Shown piece by piece: positions 9,402 through 19,288 of a stretch of DNA of 64,000 nucleotides. Each line of letters opens with the position of its first letter. Positions within the stretch are counted from its first letter, which is position 1. The notes under the pieces are model-generated. The model saw only the letters and a program-made list of their open reading frames with translations, did no database searches and was not told where the DNA came from. The position numbers and the translations under genes are program-made. The stretch is taken from NCBI GenBank assembly GCA_000165345.1, contig CM000434.1, forward strand, positions 352,001 through 416,000. The letters run 5' to 3'.

Positions 9402-11609
9402 TTATGTATCGATTTGTTTTCTCTTTTTTTTGTTAATTGCTTTGTAACTTTCTTCTAATAATCTTTCTGATAAGTTTTTTATTTTGCAGAATTTGTAACT
9501 CACATTAATTAGCTTTTGACAATTGGGCTCTAAACCAGGATCGTAGTCTTTATTTAATGTATTTTTTGACAAATTATTCCGAGAGAGGCTATTCAAAAAA
9601 TCTTTAGCACTTTGCAGAACGTCATTCCAGATGAAATTAGCCATTTTATTTATATTCATTAATTCAAATCGTTTTTTTAGTGATTGCAACAGAGTAACAT
9701 CCTTTTTTTTAATAATTACTCCATCGTAATTAGGTTTTGACCCATTTTTAAAGTCGTGACCAATAAACGCTCTTGCGTAGTCGATGTTACTTCTTTTAAT
9801 TATATCAACAATATTTTCAGTTTTCCACGTAGAGTAATACCTGGAAGTAAACATAACTTTATCGTTATTAAGACCCTCACAAGAATCTTTTATATGAACA
9901 CATGAATTAGGTATATTTCCTTTAATAGAAATATTTATTGACTTAAAATGATCTTTTGGAATTTGATCAAGGTGGTTCAACTCCGCCAAAGGTTTAATCT
10001 GCGTCTGAAATTCTGCATAGTATTCTAGCTTCACTTTGCCCTTTAAGTCAACGTCATCATTTTTCTTTTTGAAGATAATTTTTATTGGTTGCTGACCAAT
10101 CTTAATTTCGCGTTGTTCTTGATCCCACTGAGTCCTAGTCTTTAACGTTTGGACATTTTCTCTAAGATAAATTGGCTCGCCCTGAAAATATCCAACAATA
10201 GGCTCCTTTGGATGAATGATTTCTAAAGAATTAAGACATGAAATAATGGCGTATTTTGGATGGTTTTTGAAAGATGTTTTTGAAATAGGAATTACATCAT
10301 TTTCGTGTATAATTTTTTCCAATTCGAAATCATCTAATAATTCCAATTTAAGCAGCCTAGAGCTATACTGATTGGAAGTGGAATTTATTGTTGATATTAT
10401 TGACTCAACCTTTTGTTTAAATGAATTCTTCTGTTGAGCTTGAAACACTTGAGACCAGTCTGATACATATCTTCCAGTGGTTTCTCTTAAATACCCATAC
10501 TCATTAACAGATATAATCCACCATCCAATGCTCTCATTAATCTTATGTTTAATATTTGTCCTTGAGATATCGATTTTGCACTGTAATTGAGTGAGTGTTA
10601 ATGATTCTGTTTTCTTTTTATTTGAAAATTCAAATGCTAAGGACTCTCTTTGTTCATCTTGCTCAGCAATATTACTCGTTTCATATTTGACTGATCTTTG
10701 TCTAGTTTCAGTTTTTTTTAAGGGAATAACTGATATGGGTGTTATTTTTTTAAGACTTAAGCTTTTGTCTGAGTCATCAGAGTCATCATTAAATTCACTT
10801 AAGAATAGTTTTGAAAACAATCCCTTATCGCTATTGTGTTCAATTGAAGAAATATTTTTTTCTGGATAAGTTACAAACGGAACTGTAGAACATCCTGTGA
10901 AGTTCCACCCCCCACGATGAATATCGACTGAAATCCACTTGTTGAACTTTGGTTCGAAGACCTCAACCCAAAGCTCAGCTCTCCTATCGTTGCATTGCAA
11001 TTCACAACTTTTTTTAAAGTTAATAATAGGAGGAATAAATAACGTTAGGCGGCAATGATGACCTAGCGATCGGACCAGGGCAGCAAAAAGAATGTTACTG
11101 GCCTCAGCACTACATTTTCCAGATAAAATAGAACTGATCATTCTTCCGAGAATTTTACCAAGAAAGAAACTACGTTGATCTATCAGAGGTGCGAATTGTC
11201 TGTATATTTCCTGAAATTTTTCAAGAAAATTATTCTCGACTCTTCCAATTGTATTATACATTACTCCATTTAAGCATGGGGCAAAATCTTTACCTTCATT
11301 TAAAAATAAAGAATAGTATGCACCCATCCAATTTGATTTCGAAAACGCATTGTTAGTCTTCGCTTCAAAATTATGGAGTTTGTAAATCCAATATTCATTT
11401 GGTAAATAATATGTTTTGAAATACTTTCTAAACCACTGATATATTCCTCTAATACTTTTTTGTGTATCATATTCTTGATTATAATATAGGTACAGGGATA
11501 AAATGTGAGATTTAATGAAAATGTTGTCAACAATTCGATTAAGAATTCTTAAGTGGATCAGCCAACCTAAGATATAGACCTGTCTTGCTTCATTTTTGAC
11601 TTTTTGCAT
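9402..11609 (-). CDS. XPC/Rad4 nucleotide-excision-repair damage-recognition protein
   Basis: A transglutaminase-fold segment 'FAALVRSLGHHCRLTLF' is present. The BHD region 'HPKYAIISCLNSLEIIHPKEPIVGYFQGEPIYLRENVQTLKTRTQWDQEQREIKIGQQPIKII' aligns to human XPC 'HPLYALKRHLLKYEAIYPE...[42 protein letters not shown]'. Confidence 0.8.
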   Translation of the reverse strand: MQKVKNEARQVYILGWLIHLRILNRIVDNIFIKSHILSLYLYYNQEYDTQKSIRGIYQWFRKYFKTYYLPNEYWIYKLHNFEAKTNNAFSKSNWMGAYYSLFLNEGKDFAPCLNGVMYNTIGRVENNFLEKFQEIYRQFAPLIDQRSFFLGKILGRMISSILSGKCSAEASNILFAALVRSLGHHCRLTLFIPPIINFKKSCELQCNDRRAELWVEVFEPKFNKWISVDIHRGGWNFTGCSTVPFVTYPEKNISSIEHNSDKGLFSKLFLSEFNDDSDDSDKSLSLKKITPISVIPLKKTETRQRSVKYETSNIAEQDEQRESLAFEFSNKKKTESLTLTQLQCKIDISRTNIKHKINESIGWWIISVNEYGYLRETTGRYVSDWSQVFQAQQKNSFKQKVESIISTINSTSNQYSSRLLKLELLDDFELEKIIHENDVIPISKTSFKNHPKYAIISCLNSLEIIHPKEPIVGYFQGEPIYLRENVQTLKTRTQWDQEQREIKIGQQPIKIIFKKKNDDVDLKGKVKLEYYAEFQTQIKPLAELNHLDQIPKDHFKSINISIKGNIPNSCVHIKDSCEGLNNDKVMFTSRYYSTWKTENIVDIIKRSNIDYARAFIGHDFKNGSKPNYDGVIIKKKDVTLLQSLKKRFELMNINKMANFIWNDVLQSAKDFLNSLSRNNLSKNTLNKDYDPGLEPNCQKLINVSYKFCKIKNLSERLLEESYKAINKKKRKQIDT

Positions 11610-11705
11610 AGATATAAGGCTTACATTAAATACTCCTTGAATTCATCGAAATTTTTTTTTGAATTTATTTCCTTTATATTTCACGATACTAACATTTACA
11701 CAATG

Positions 11706-11713
11706 TTGGCGGG
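11706..11713. promoter_or_regulatory. E2F-like element 'TTGGCGGG' in the 285-bp region upstream of XPC/Rad4
   Basis: The sequence 'gttggcgggtt' lies about 100 bp upstream of the XPC start codon (minus strand). It resembles the GGCGGGAAA/TTTGGCGC E2F-type motif reported upstream of apicomplexan DNA-metabolism genes. It is a single, partial match. Confidence 0.2.
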
Positions 11714-11894
11714 TTAATATAAGTGCGTTTACTATTCTATGAAAAAAAAATTCAAATATATTAATTATAACGTGTCCTAGCAATATTCAATGATTTTTTG
11801 AAGTATTTTTTGCGAAATTTAATTACTGAACTTGCTGCTCACAATTATCTAGCTCAAATACTCAGATATTAAAGTATTAGTGTATCTAACCAAT

Positions 11895-13013
11895 TCACAA
11901 CTCCAGAATATTGGAGTCAAAGTCATCATATTGATGAAGAGACTTTCTCCACTGATTTAGTTGATCAGTAAATTGTTTCTGTGGGCACCTTGTATGAGCG
12001 TTTGGAGTTTGAGGATCGTTAGGTTCTCTATCCTCTTTTCTAGGCTTAAGTTTCAAAAAATTCTGATATGCTCTTGTACCCTTTCCAATGGCAATTTGAA
12101 ATAATCTACTAGAAATCCGTTTATTCCAATCAATATTGGAGCTCGCGGTACCATCGATTGATAAATCGTTATTACGACCACTACTGCTAATTTGTGGTGT
12201 TTTCGGAGTTCCTCCCTTCGGAGATTTACTTGTACTATTACTTATCCTTCTAGGAGTACTCAATTGGTTAGTTGTTTTTTTTTGTGCGCACCTCTCATAT
12301 ACGGCATTCTGATTCGTTTCTTTGCCAAGCTTGGGACCTTCGGTTGCAGAAGTACTCGTTTTTGAGTGTTTGATCTTCTTGCATATTTTATCTTCATCAA
12401 CCTGAAGTTCATAGTTGAAATTAATATTTTCGCTATATTCTGAGTTCTCAGTATGATCTTTACTTCTTTTTTTATTAGTGCTAGAATGATTATTTAGTAT
12501 TTGTGGCAAATCCCCGAACACTTTCGGCATATTTAAATTGGCATCTTGTATGAGGCATTTAACTGCCTGATCACTTTTGCTTATATCAGTTAAGCCACCT
12601 GTGAATGTTCCCTCTCCAAATCGAAATTCTTGGCTTTCAATGTTTTGACCCTTTTCGATTGCTTCGAAGTTTTCATTGCTCACTTTACCTAAATACTGAG
12701 GTAAATTCGATATTTCTAATTTAGGTTCAATATTTGTTTCAGCACCATTAATTGTTAAAAACCCTCTATTTGGCATTTTTTCCTTATTTTCTTTAATAGT
12801 TTTTCTGCATTGATATTCGCTTGAGCTATCATTAAGTTTTATATTTTTTTGAAGAAGAGAAGTTAACCCAATAGATTTAGATTCATTTTTTGTATCGCTT
12901 TGAGTATATATCCAGCTATTTGAAGCATCGCTAATACTCAGATCCGCCCATCTCACAGCTCCCCAACCAGGTTTACTCACTACTGTTTTTTCACGAGTAG
13001 AATTCTCAGTCAT
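11895..13013 (-). CDS. Histone mRNA stem-loop binding protein (SLBP) homologue. The SLBP RNA-binding domain is at the C-terminus. The ORF-track TTG at 13016 is replaced by the ATG at 13013.
   Basis: The C-terminal 'RISSRLFQIAIGKGTRAYQNFLKLKPRKEDREPNDPQTPNAHTRCPQKQFTDQLNQWRKSLHQYDD' matches the SLBP RBD of human SLBP '[63 protein letters not shown]'. The spacing of GK.T.AY, TPN, W(R/K)..LH.(W/Y)D is conserved. Confidence 0.65.
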   Translation of the reverse strand: MTENSTREKTVVSKPGWGAVRWADLSISDASNSWIYTQSDTKNESKSIGLTSLLQKNIKLNDSSSEYQCRKTIKENKEKMPNRGFLTINGAETNIEPKLEISNLPQYLGKVSNENFEAIEKGQNIESQEFRFGEGTFTGGLTDISKSDQAVKCLIQDANLNMPKVFGDLPQILNNHSSTNKKRSKDHTENSEYSENINFNYELQVDEDKICKKIKHSKTSTSATEGPKLGKETNQNAVYERCAQKKTTNQLSTPRRISNSTSKSPKGGTPKTPQISSSGRNNDLSIDGTASSNIDWNKRISSRLFQIAIGKGTRAYQNFLKLKPRKEDREPNDPQTPNAHTRCPQKQFTDQLNQWRKSLHQYDDFDSNILEL

Positions 13014-13385
13014 CAATCACAACAGTTCGTCTTATACAATATAGAGGAACAAGAAAATTGAATTTATTATAATTTCAATCTATAAATGTTAAATATTTAT
13101 GTTAAAAATTGTTAAGTATTTGAACTCCACACTATATTCAATTTAATGACATCCTCGCCTTAACTCTCGATTTTTGCGCTTTGGAAGGCCTTGTGTGGGC
13201 ATGCCTGTCAAAATGGGGGTAAATAATACAATAGACGTCAATTGAAGATCTCGAAAACTACAATAAAATTTTTACTTAAATTGAATAAAAATATAAATTA
13301 AAAAATATTTGCAGTTAGAGAACTTATCTACAGAAATAGTATCAGATTAATTAGAGTTATAGTTGGTAAGGTTCTAATTAATTGT

Positions 13386-13967
13386 TTATCGGCGCTGTTT
13401 ACGTGAGCAGTTAACCGAGTTGTCCAATTCACTTCCCTGGCACTGCGATTCAGAGTGGTATGAAATACTTGAACCCACATTTGAGCCAGCTGCAGAAAAC
13501 ATTTCTCCTGAGTGTGCTCCTGTATTTGGAGTAGTGCCTAGCGCCTCTATATCTACAGGAGATGTAACTGAAGATAAGGAGAACCAGCGATCTTTTTCAG
13601 AGAATACATTTGGATTTGATCTACAAGAGCCTCGGTTACCTCCAATACTAGATTTTCTTCCTCCTATACTTCCCGTATTGCTATTATACGTTGCATAGCC
13701 GTCCCAACCTCTTAACATATTTCCAATATCAGTAGTTTGGTTCCAGTAAAATGTCTCAAGTTCATATATTTTTCTTTCAATATCTACCAACTCTTCCTGA
13801 ACCTTCTCTCTTAAAGAAACCATTTCGTTGCTGAGTTTTTTGTGAGGGGACTCCTGGCAGAAATTAGTGGGAATTGAAGAATCTTTATTTAGATAATTAC
13901 TACTTTGATGCGTACCTTGAGATTCATTCGAACTACCTTTTCCTTTATTCTCTGATTTTTGCTTCAT
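13386..13967 (-). CDS. Eaf6/MEAF6 homologue (NuA4/NuA3 histone acetyltransferase complex subunit)
   Basis: The coiled-coil core 'ELVDIERKIYELETFYWNQTTDIGNMLRGWDGY' aligns to MEAF6 '[33 protein letters not shown]'. The size is right for the family and a Ser/Gly-rich tail is present. Confidence 0.6.
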   Translation of the reverse strand: MKQKSENKGKGSSNESQGTHQSSNYLNKDSSIPTNFCQESPHKKLSNEMVSLREKVQEELVDIERKIYELETFYWNQTTDIGNMLRGWDGYATYNSNTGSIGGRKSSIGGNRGSCRSNPNVFSEKDRWFSLSSVTSPVDIEALGTTPNTGAHSGEMFSAAGSNVGSSISYHSESQCQGSELDNSVNCSRKQRR

Positions 13968-14129
13968 TGGCTTTTAATTGAATAAATAATTGTTCAAATT
14001 TACGGTAGCGCTTAAATAATTTTTCTTTCCGATTCTAAATTCCTATTAATGATTTGAAAATGAGGATTTGAACATTAATTGTGATTTATTTAGACAAAAT
14101 ATCGTAGAAAGTTCTTAATATGGTAAAAA

Positions 14130-14939
14130 ATGTCTGAAAGAAAAGTCTTGAATCGATATTTCCCACCAGATTTTGATCCAAAAAAGTTGGAAGAAAGTAA
14201 GAAACTTTTAAAAAAATCAAAACCAAACAGTAGAGGTGGAGGGTACAGAAAAAAGAAACTATTAAATATCAGAATGCTATACCCTTTTACTATTAGATGT
14301 AATGGCTGTGAGGTTTATCACTATGTCGGGACGAAGTTTAATTCAAAGGTAGAGAAGGTACAAAGTGAGTCGTATCTTGGAATACCTATTTGGAGATTTT
14401 ACGGGCGATGTACTCAGTGCGGAAATGAAATAGTCTTTAAAACAGATCCAAAATCAGGAGACTATATACTTGAGTCAGGAGCTAAACAAAATTTTAATAT
14501 GAACAATAAAGAAGTTGTAAAAAAAAAATCTGAAGACGACTTCGAAAGTAAAGTCATTAATTCCGTATTAGAATCCAGATCTATGGAGGAGCTTGAAATA
14601 CTGAAGAACCTAAATAAGAGACTAATGAACAGAGAAGCAACTGAATTGAATGCTTTAAAGCATATTCTTGATGAAAACGAAATTATACCTGAAGACCAAT
14701 TCATCACTCCAACAGATAATAAATGCAATGAAATTATATCAGATAGAGAAAGACAGCTAATTACAAATAGTGTAAGGAATTGTATTGATTCATATGAAGA
14801 AAACCCTAAATTTCAAAAAAAATTAGGTAGCTGCGTTGTAAACTCAGATGGTTCAAAGAGGCTCAATGCCGCTGTTAAGGTGAAAGAAAAGAATTCAAAA
14901 GATTTATTTTTTAACTACTACGACACTGAATCGGAGTAG
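14130..14939 (+). CDS. Yju2/CWC16 (CCDC94/CCDC130 family) splicing factor
   Basis: The N-terminus 'MSERKVLNRYFPPDFDPKKL' is the signature start of the CWC16 family. The conserved Cys cluster is 'CNGCEVYHYVGTKFN...GRCTQCGNEIVFKTDPKSGDYIL'. Confidence 0.8.
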   Translation: MSERKVLNRYFPPDFDPKKLEESKKLLKKSKPNSRGGGYRKKKLLNIRMLYPFTIRCNGCEVYHYVGTKFNSKVEKVQSESYLGIPIWRFYGRCTQCGNEIVFKTDPKSGDYILESGAKQNFNMNNKEVVKKKSEDDFESKVINSVLESRSMEELEILKNLNKRLMNREATELNALKHILDENEIIPEDQFITPTDNKCNEIISDRERQLITNSVRNCIDSYEENPKFQKKLGSCVVNSDGSKRLNAAVKVKEKNSKDLFFNYYDTESE

Positions 14940-16613
14940 TAGATCCTCAAAGCTAAAGGGAATAAATATTCGTTTGCTCATACTTTTAAACTTAGAATAT
15001 CTTGAACAATTATCATTTTAACTAATATAAACTATGCTTTATGAATTTTGTATTACGTTTGCAAAATTATCTATTTTATGCATTGGTTTGAACAGAAGAT
15101 TAAATCAAGCTAGATTCATTTTCTTAATTAGAATAATAAGTAATGTAATTGCTCTTCCGGCAGCAAAAACATAAATTTGTTGTAAAATGGATATTTTTAT
15201 TTAATCTGTTGATTACTCATCAAAAGCTGTAAATCAATTTAATACATCAAAATTGCTTATAACTCCTTTTAAAAACTATAAAATTATCTTTATAGTATTT
15301 AAAAATTATTTTAAGAACATTAAATGCTCGATCTCAATAGAATATTTTATAACAAATTGCCAAATAACGATCTAATTGAATTTAACTCCAATTTTCTAGC
15401 CATTTAATACTATAAATTTAAGCTTTATTTCCGCAAGTTAGAACATAAAGATTTGATGCTCAAGTTTTAATTATATCGAAGTTAGCAAGATTCTATGTAA
15501 GTGAGAATTCACTTCCGACCCCATGCATTTATAATTAAACGCCTTTTATGTTAATACTAATGAATAAATCCTATTTCAATACACTAATTCATATAAATGT
15601 TATTCATGATCATATTTACTAATATAATAATAGTTTAATTAAAATAAATAGAATCCAATTATTTTCCAGTTGCTTCAATACACGTTGATTTACTGTTCTT
15701 TACTCTTCTAGATTGGGGTTTGCTTTTTTCCTTATTTAAAAAAAAAACATAAAAGAATTTAAGTTATGAAATTTTAACTTCCTAAAATAAAATAATAATT
15801 ATCTCAAATTGTGTAATCAATACTCTTAAATATAGATAATTACGTTTATAACTTGAAATACAATAATTAAAATATTCGCGGGATTAAAAGTATGTCAAGT
15901 ATTAAGTTCTAACAAATGACTTTCTAGCTTCTGCTTGATATTGATAGAACGATAATTTAGTCCAATGTTCAAAACTGACCACAGTAATTTTATATTTGGA
16001 AAAATGAACTTTCATTCAATAATTTTTTTTATGGTAAAAATAACTACCTGAATTTGGTTTATTATATAAGATTCTTTTAAATTTTGTAAAAATTGCATTA
16101 AATATTACGATTATGTTCAATTTTTGTTAACTAATCTGTTTTCTTATCCAGTTCAACTTTATTTTCTAGAAATAAGTTCTATTAGTATTTAATATTTTAA
16201 TTTCAGTTTTAAAATAATTTATAATAAATAATACAGTAAATTTCCAGAAGTTAAATTCGTATAAGTGAAACATCATTTCTTCTAATTTTACTTACAAATT
16301 GATTACTCGATGGCTAATTTGGTCTTTTTCTTCTGAATTCATAATTATTTGGGTCGGCAATTTTTTATTTACATATTTCTTTATTCTAATATATAACTAT
16401 TAATAGGTGATAAATCTTAATCATCTCAATAACCTCGTAATCGAATAATTTATTTGAAACTTTTAGACAAACAATAATAATAGTAAGCTTATTATTTATA
16501 TTATTACATTTTAATTAAAAAAATCGGTCACAATACATGTAAATAATCATTTAGAGGCGCTAAATTATTATATAAATAAATAATTTATATATAATTTGTA
16601 AATTTTAGTTAGT

Positions 16614-17651
16614 ATGAAAGAATCAAGCACAATTAATTATCTAATAACACTTACATTCATTATTCCTTTCGTACTTTCCCAGTCAACATTATTAAATCTT
16701 GGTGCAGGGGGTGCACAGGAAAGGAGGGTTTGCACTGACGAAATGCCATGTAACTTTAGATTGGTTGCTGATTTAGATATGAACTCAAAGCCAGGGAATG
16801 GGGAAAAGAATTACAAAAGTTTATTTCAAAAAGGGTCAATAATACAGGACAAAAGGGGCAACTATCGAGTGGACTGGGGAGAAATTCTGGAACTTAAAAG
16901 CGGATATAATGAATATGGGAGAGGGATGGAATTAAGTGAGTTAATTTCATATAATGGAATGATGCTTGCGGGCGACGACCGTACAGGAATAATTTTTGAA
17001 ATAACTGATGATGGGAAAGGAGTAGCACCAAGATATATATTATCTGAAGGTAATGGAAGAACAGCTAAGGGAATGAAGATTGAGTGGTTTGCTGTAAGAG
17101 ATGGAATATTGTGGGTTGGCAGTTTTGGAAAAGAGTTCGTATCAAACGGCATAATAGAAAAAAGGGATAATATGTGGGTAGCCACAATTGATAAAAGAGG
17201 ACATGTTTCACGATTTAATTGGAGTTTTGTTTATGAAAAAATTAGGAATTCACTGGGGGCGCAATATCCAGGTTATTGTATTCATGAAGCAGTGATTTGG
17301 AGTCATTTAATGAGAAAGTGGATATTTTTACCAAGAAGAGTTAGCTTCGATGAGTATGATGAGGAGAAAGACGAAAAGAGAGGTTCCAATAAAATGATAA
17401 TTATGACAGATGATTTTGAAATTCTTGAAATTATTGACGTAGGATTGATAATACCTGAAAGAGGTTTTTCTTCTTTAAAATTTCTTCCTGGGTCGTTTGA
17501 CCAGATAATAGTTGCAACAAAAAGCGTTGAAGAATCAATTTCGGACACTCAAAAGTCTTTCTTAACTATATTCACAATAAATGGAAAAATTTTAATGGAA
17601 GATTTAGAAGTGCCTGGAGACTACAAATACGAGGGGATAGAATTTATATAG
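16614..17651 (+). CDS. Secreted Ca2+-activated nucleotidase/apyrase (CANT1 family) with an N-terminal signal peptide
   Basis: The signal peptide is 'MKESSTINYLITLTFIIPFVLSQST'. 'GRGMELSELISYNGMMLAGDDRTGIIFEI' aligns to human CANT1 '[29 protein letters not shown]'. 'KIEWFAVRDGILWVGSFGKEF', 'GYCIHEAVIWSHLMRKWIFLPRR' and the C-terminal 'KYEGIEFI' are shared with CANT1 ('LLPETKIGSVKYEGIEFI'). Confidence 0.85.
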   Translation: MKESSTINYLITLTFIIPFVLSQSTLLNLGAGGAQERRVCTDEMPCNFRLVADLDMNSKPGNGEKNYKSLFQKGSIIQDKRGNYRVDWGEILELKSGYNEYGRGMELSELISYNGMMLAGDDRTGIIFEITDDGKGVAPRYILSEGNGRTAKGMKIEWFAVRDGILWVGSFGKEFVSNGIIEKRDNMWVATIDKRGHVSRFNWSFVYEKIRNSLGAQYPGYCIHEAVIWSHLMRKWIFLPRRVSFDEYDEEKDEKRGSNKMIIMTDDFEILEIIDVGLIIPERGFSSLKFLPGSFDQIIVATKSVEESISDTQKSFLTIFTINGKILMEDLEVPGDYKYEGIEFI

Positions 17652-17716
17652 AAAGTAACGTAGAAATTTATTTTGTCGTTAAAGTCTCAACAAATTCTGA
17701 TTTTATTTAAATACCA

Positions 17717-19165
17717 TTATGCTTTATATGCTAAGTTATCAAGTAATTTAATTTCTTTAATTGCATTATTTTCCACTTCTGAACCTAGCCAAATAGCTCT
17801 CCTCTTTTTCTTAAGGCCAACATGGCTCTCTTTGTGTGAGAATAAACTAATATTCGATTTTTTCCGATTGACTGGAGATCTGATTGATTGTTTAATTAAC
17901 TCTTCAATATCGCATTCACTTTTCCCTGTATTATCATCTAAATTTTCTTTTTCTAATGAAGCTCTAGAGTCTCTAGATGGCTTTATTTGGTTATCTCTAT
18001 TGTTACAATCATGGCCAAGATTCAATTGGAACTCAGAATGACTATTTATTGGATCATCAAATGCAAGGTGAGTTTCTGGATGAATAAAACCTAAGCAAAT
18101 ATCCTTTGCTACCTTGCCTTGAATAATCGGCCCAATAAAATTTTTCATCTCGTTACATTCAATCAAATTGCCTTGCTTCATTTGGTTATTAAACTCAATA
18201 AATATTGGTACATTATCTAAGGTAACGTTAGTCTCAATTTCGCTTTTAGGCCTGTCACTATTTGAAAGTGGGACCATATTTCCTTCAATAGGGTCATAAA
18301 CTGTTTGGTGGAAGAATGTAATCATTGCATTCTGAACATCAATTGCATAACTTTGTGGTATATCCTTGCCTAAATCCTTAAGTTGTAATATTATCCTTTC
18401 TAAATCTGCATTACATTCTTGCACAAGCTTCATCGCAGTTTTTATCCCCACCCCCTGTGGTGACTTTACATAGTCACAACCAGTCAATATGCACCCTAGT
18501 ACAAAAGTTTCGTATGAGAACATTAATTGTGAAATCACACCACTTTTATACAAATCTTTCCAATATATCACTCTACAGTTACCTGTCTTATCGTCGTATT
18601 TGTAAATTGTACATATGCTTCCAAACACTAGCATATCGCTATCTTCAGTTATCACCGCATCAATATACTTTATTCTTGAAAGATATGAAAGTTGTGCGTC
18701 AGCTTCATACGGAGCAACAATGCATTCTATTTTGTATTCATCTCTTAATACTTCCAAAACCTGGTGAGCTATATTTGGGGTGATATCAAGAGCTTTTTGG
18801 CACAAACTTCTCATATTATATGAACTATAAGACTTTTTTTCGCTTTTTAATCTGATAATTTCTCTCTTTGCATCGCTTCTCCTTTTACTTCTTTCTTCTT
18901 CAGTAACTCTCTTCATAGGAAGAGTGGCACCATCGAACACACAAACCGGAATAAGTCCTTTCCCTTGAAGAGTCCTGATTTTTTCGATACAATAATTAAT
19001 ATGAACTCGAGTAGGTTTGCCTAATACAATACTTTCTGCGCAATTAGCAGCCGATCTATGAAGCCAACCATATGTATCAATTGCTACTCTTTTTCCTTTA
19101 AAGAAGTCGATTTTGCTCTTGATACTTATGTTGTCAACATTAGGTAGTAATCCTTGTATCCCCAT
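17717..19165 (-). CDS. EXO1: Exonuclease 1 (XPG/Rad2-family 5'-3' exonuclease)
   Basis: 'MGIQGLLP...KGKRVAIDTYGWLHRSAANCAESIVLGKPT...LIPVCVFDGATLPMKRVTEEERSKRR' aligns to human EXO1 'MGIQGLLQFIKE...[30 protein letters not shown]...[26 protein letters not shown]'. The I-domain is 'CIVAPYEADAQLSYL...ITEDSDMLVFG'. Confidence 0.85.
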   Translation of the reverse strand: MGIQGLLPNVDNISIKSKIDFFKGKRVAIDTYGWLHRSAANCAESIVLGKPTRVHINYCIEKIRTLQGKGLIPVCVFDGATLPMKRVTEEERSKRRSDAKREIIRLKSEKKSYSSYNMRSLCQKALDITPNIAHQVLEVLRDEYKIECIVAPYEADAQLSYLSRIKYIDAVITEDSDMLVFGSICTIYKYDDKTGNCRVIYWKDLYKSGVISQLMFSYETFVLGCILTGCDYVKSPQGVGIKTAMKLVQECNADLERIILQLKDLGKDIPQSYAIDVQNAMITFFHQTVYDPIEGNMVPLSNSDRPKSEIETNVTLDNVPIFIEFNNQMKQGNLIECNEMKNFIGPIIQGKVAKDICLGFIHPETHLAFDDPINSHSEFQLNLGHDCNNRDNQIKPSRDSRASLEKENLDDNTGKSECDIEELIKQSIRSPVNRKKSNISLFSHKESHVGLKKKRRAIWLGSEVENNAIKEIKLLDNLAYKA

Positions 19166-19288
19166 ATGTTATTTTGGCATTAACAGATAAATTGATATCC
19201 CTCAATAAATTGTTTTCTAAATTGGAATCTAATTCCAATTTAGGCAAACTACCGACAAGGCCCCACAAATTTTATTCATTGCCGCTTT

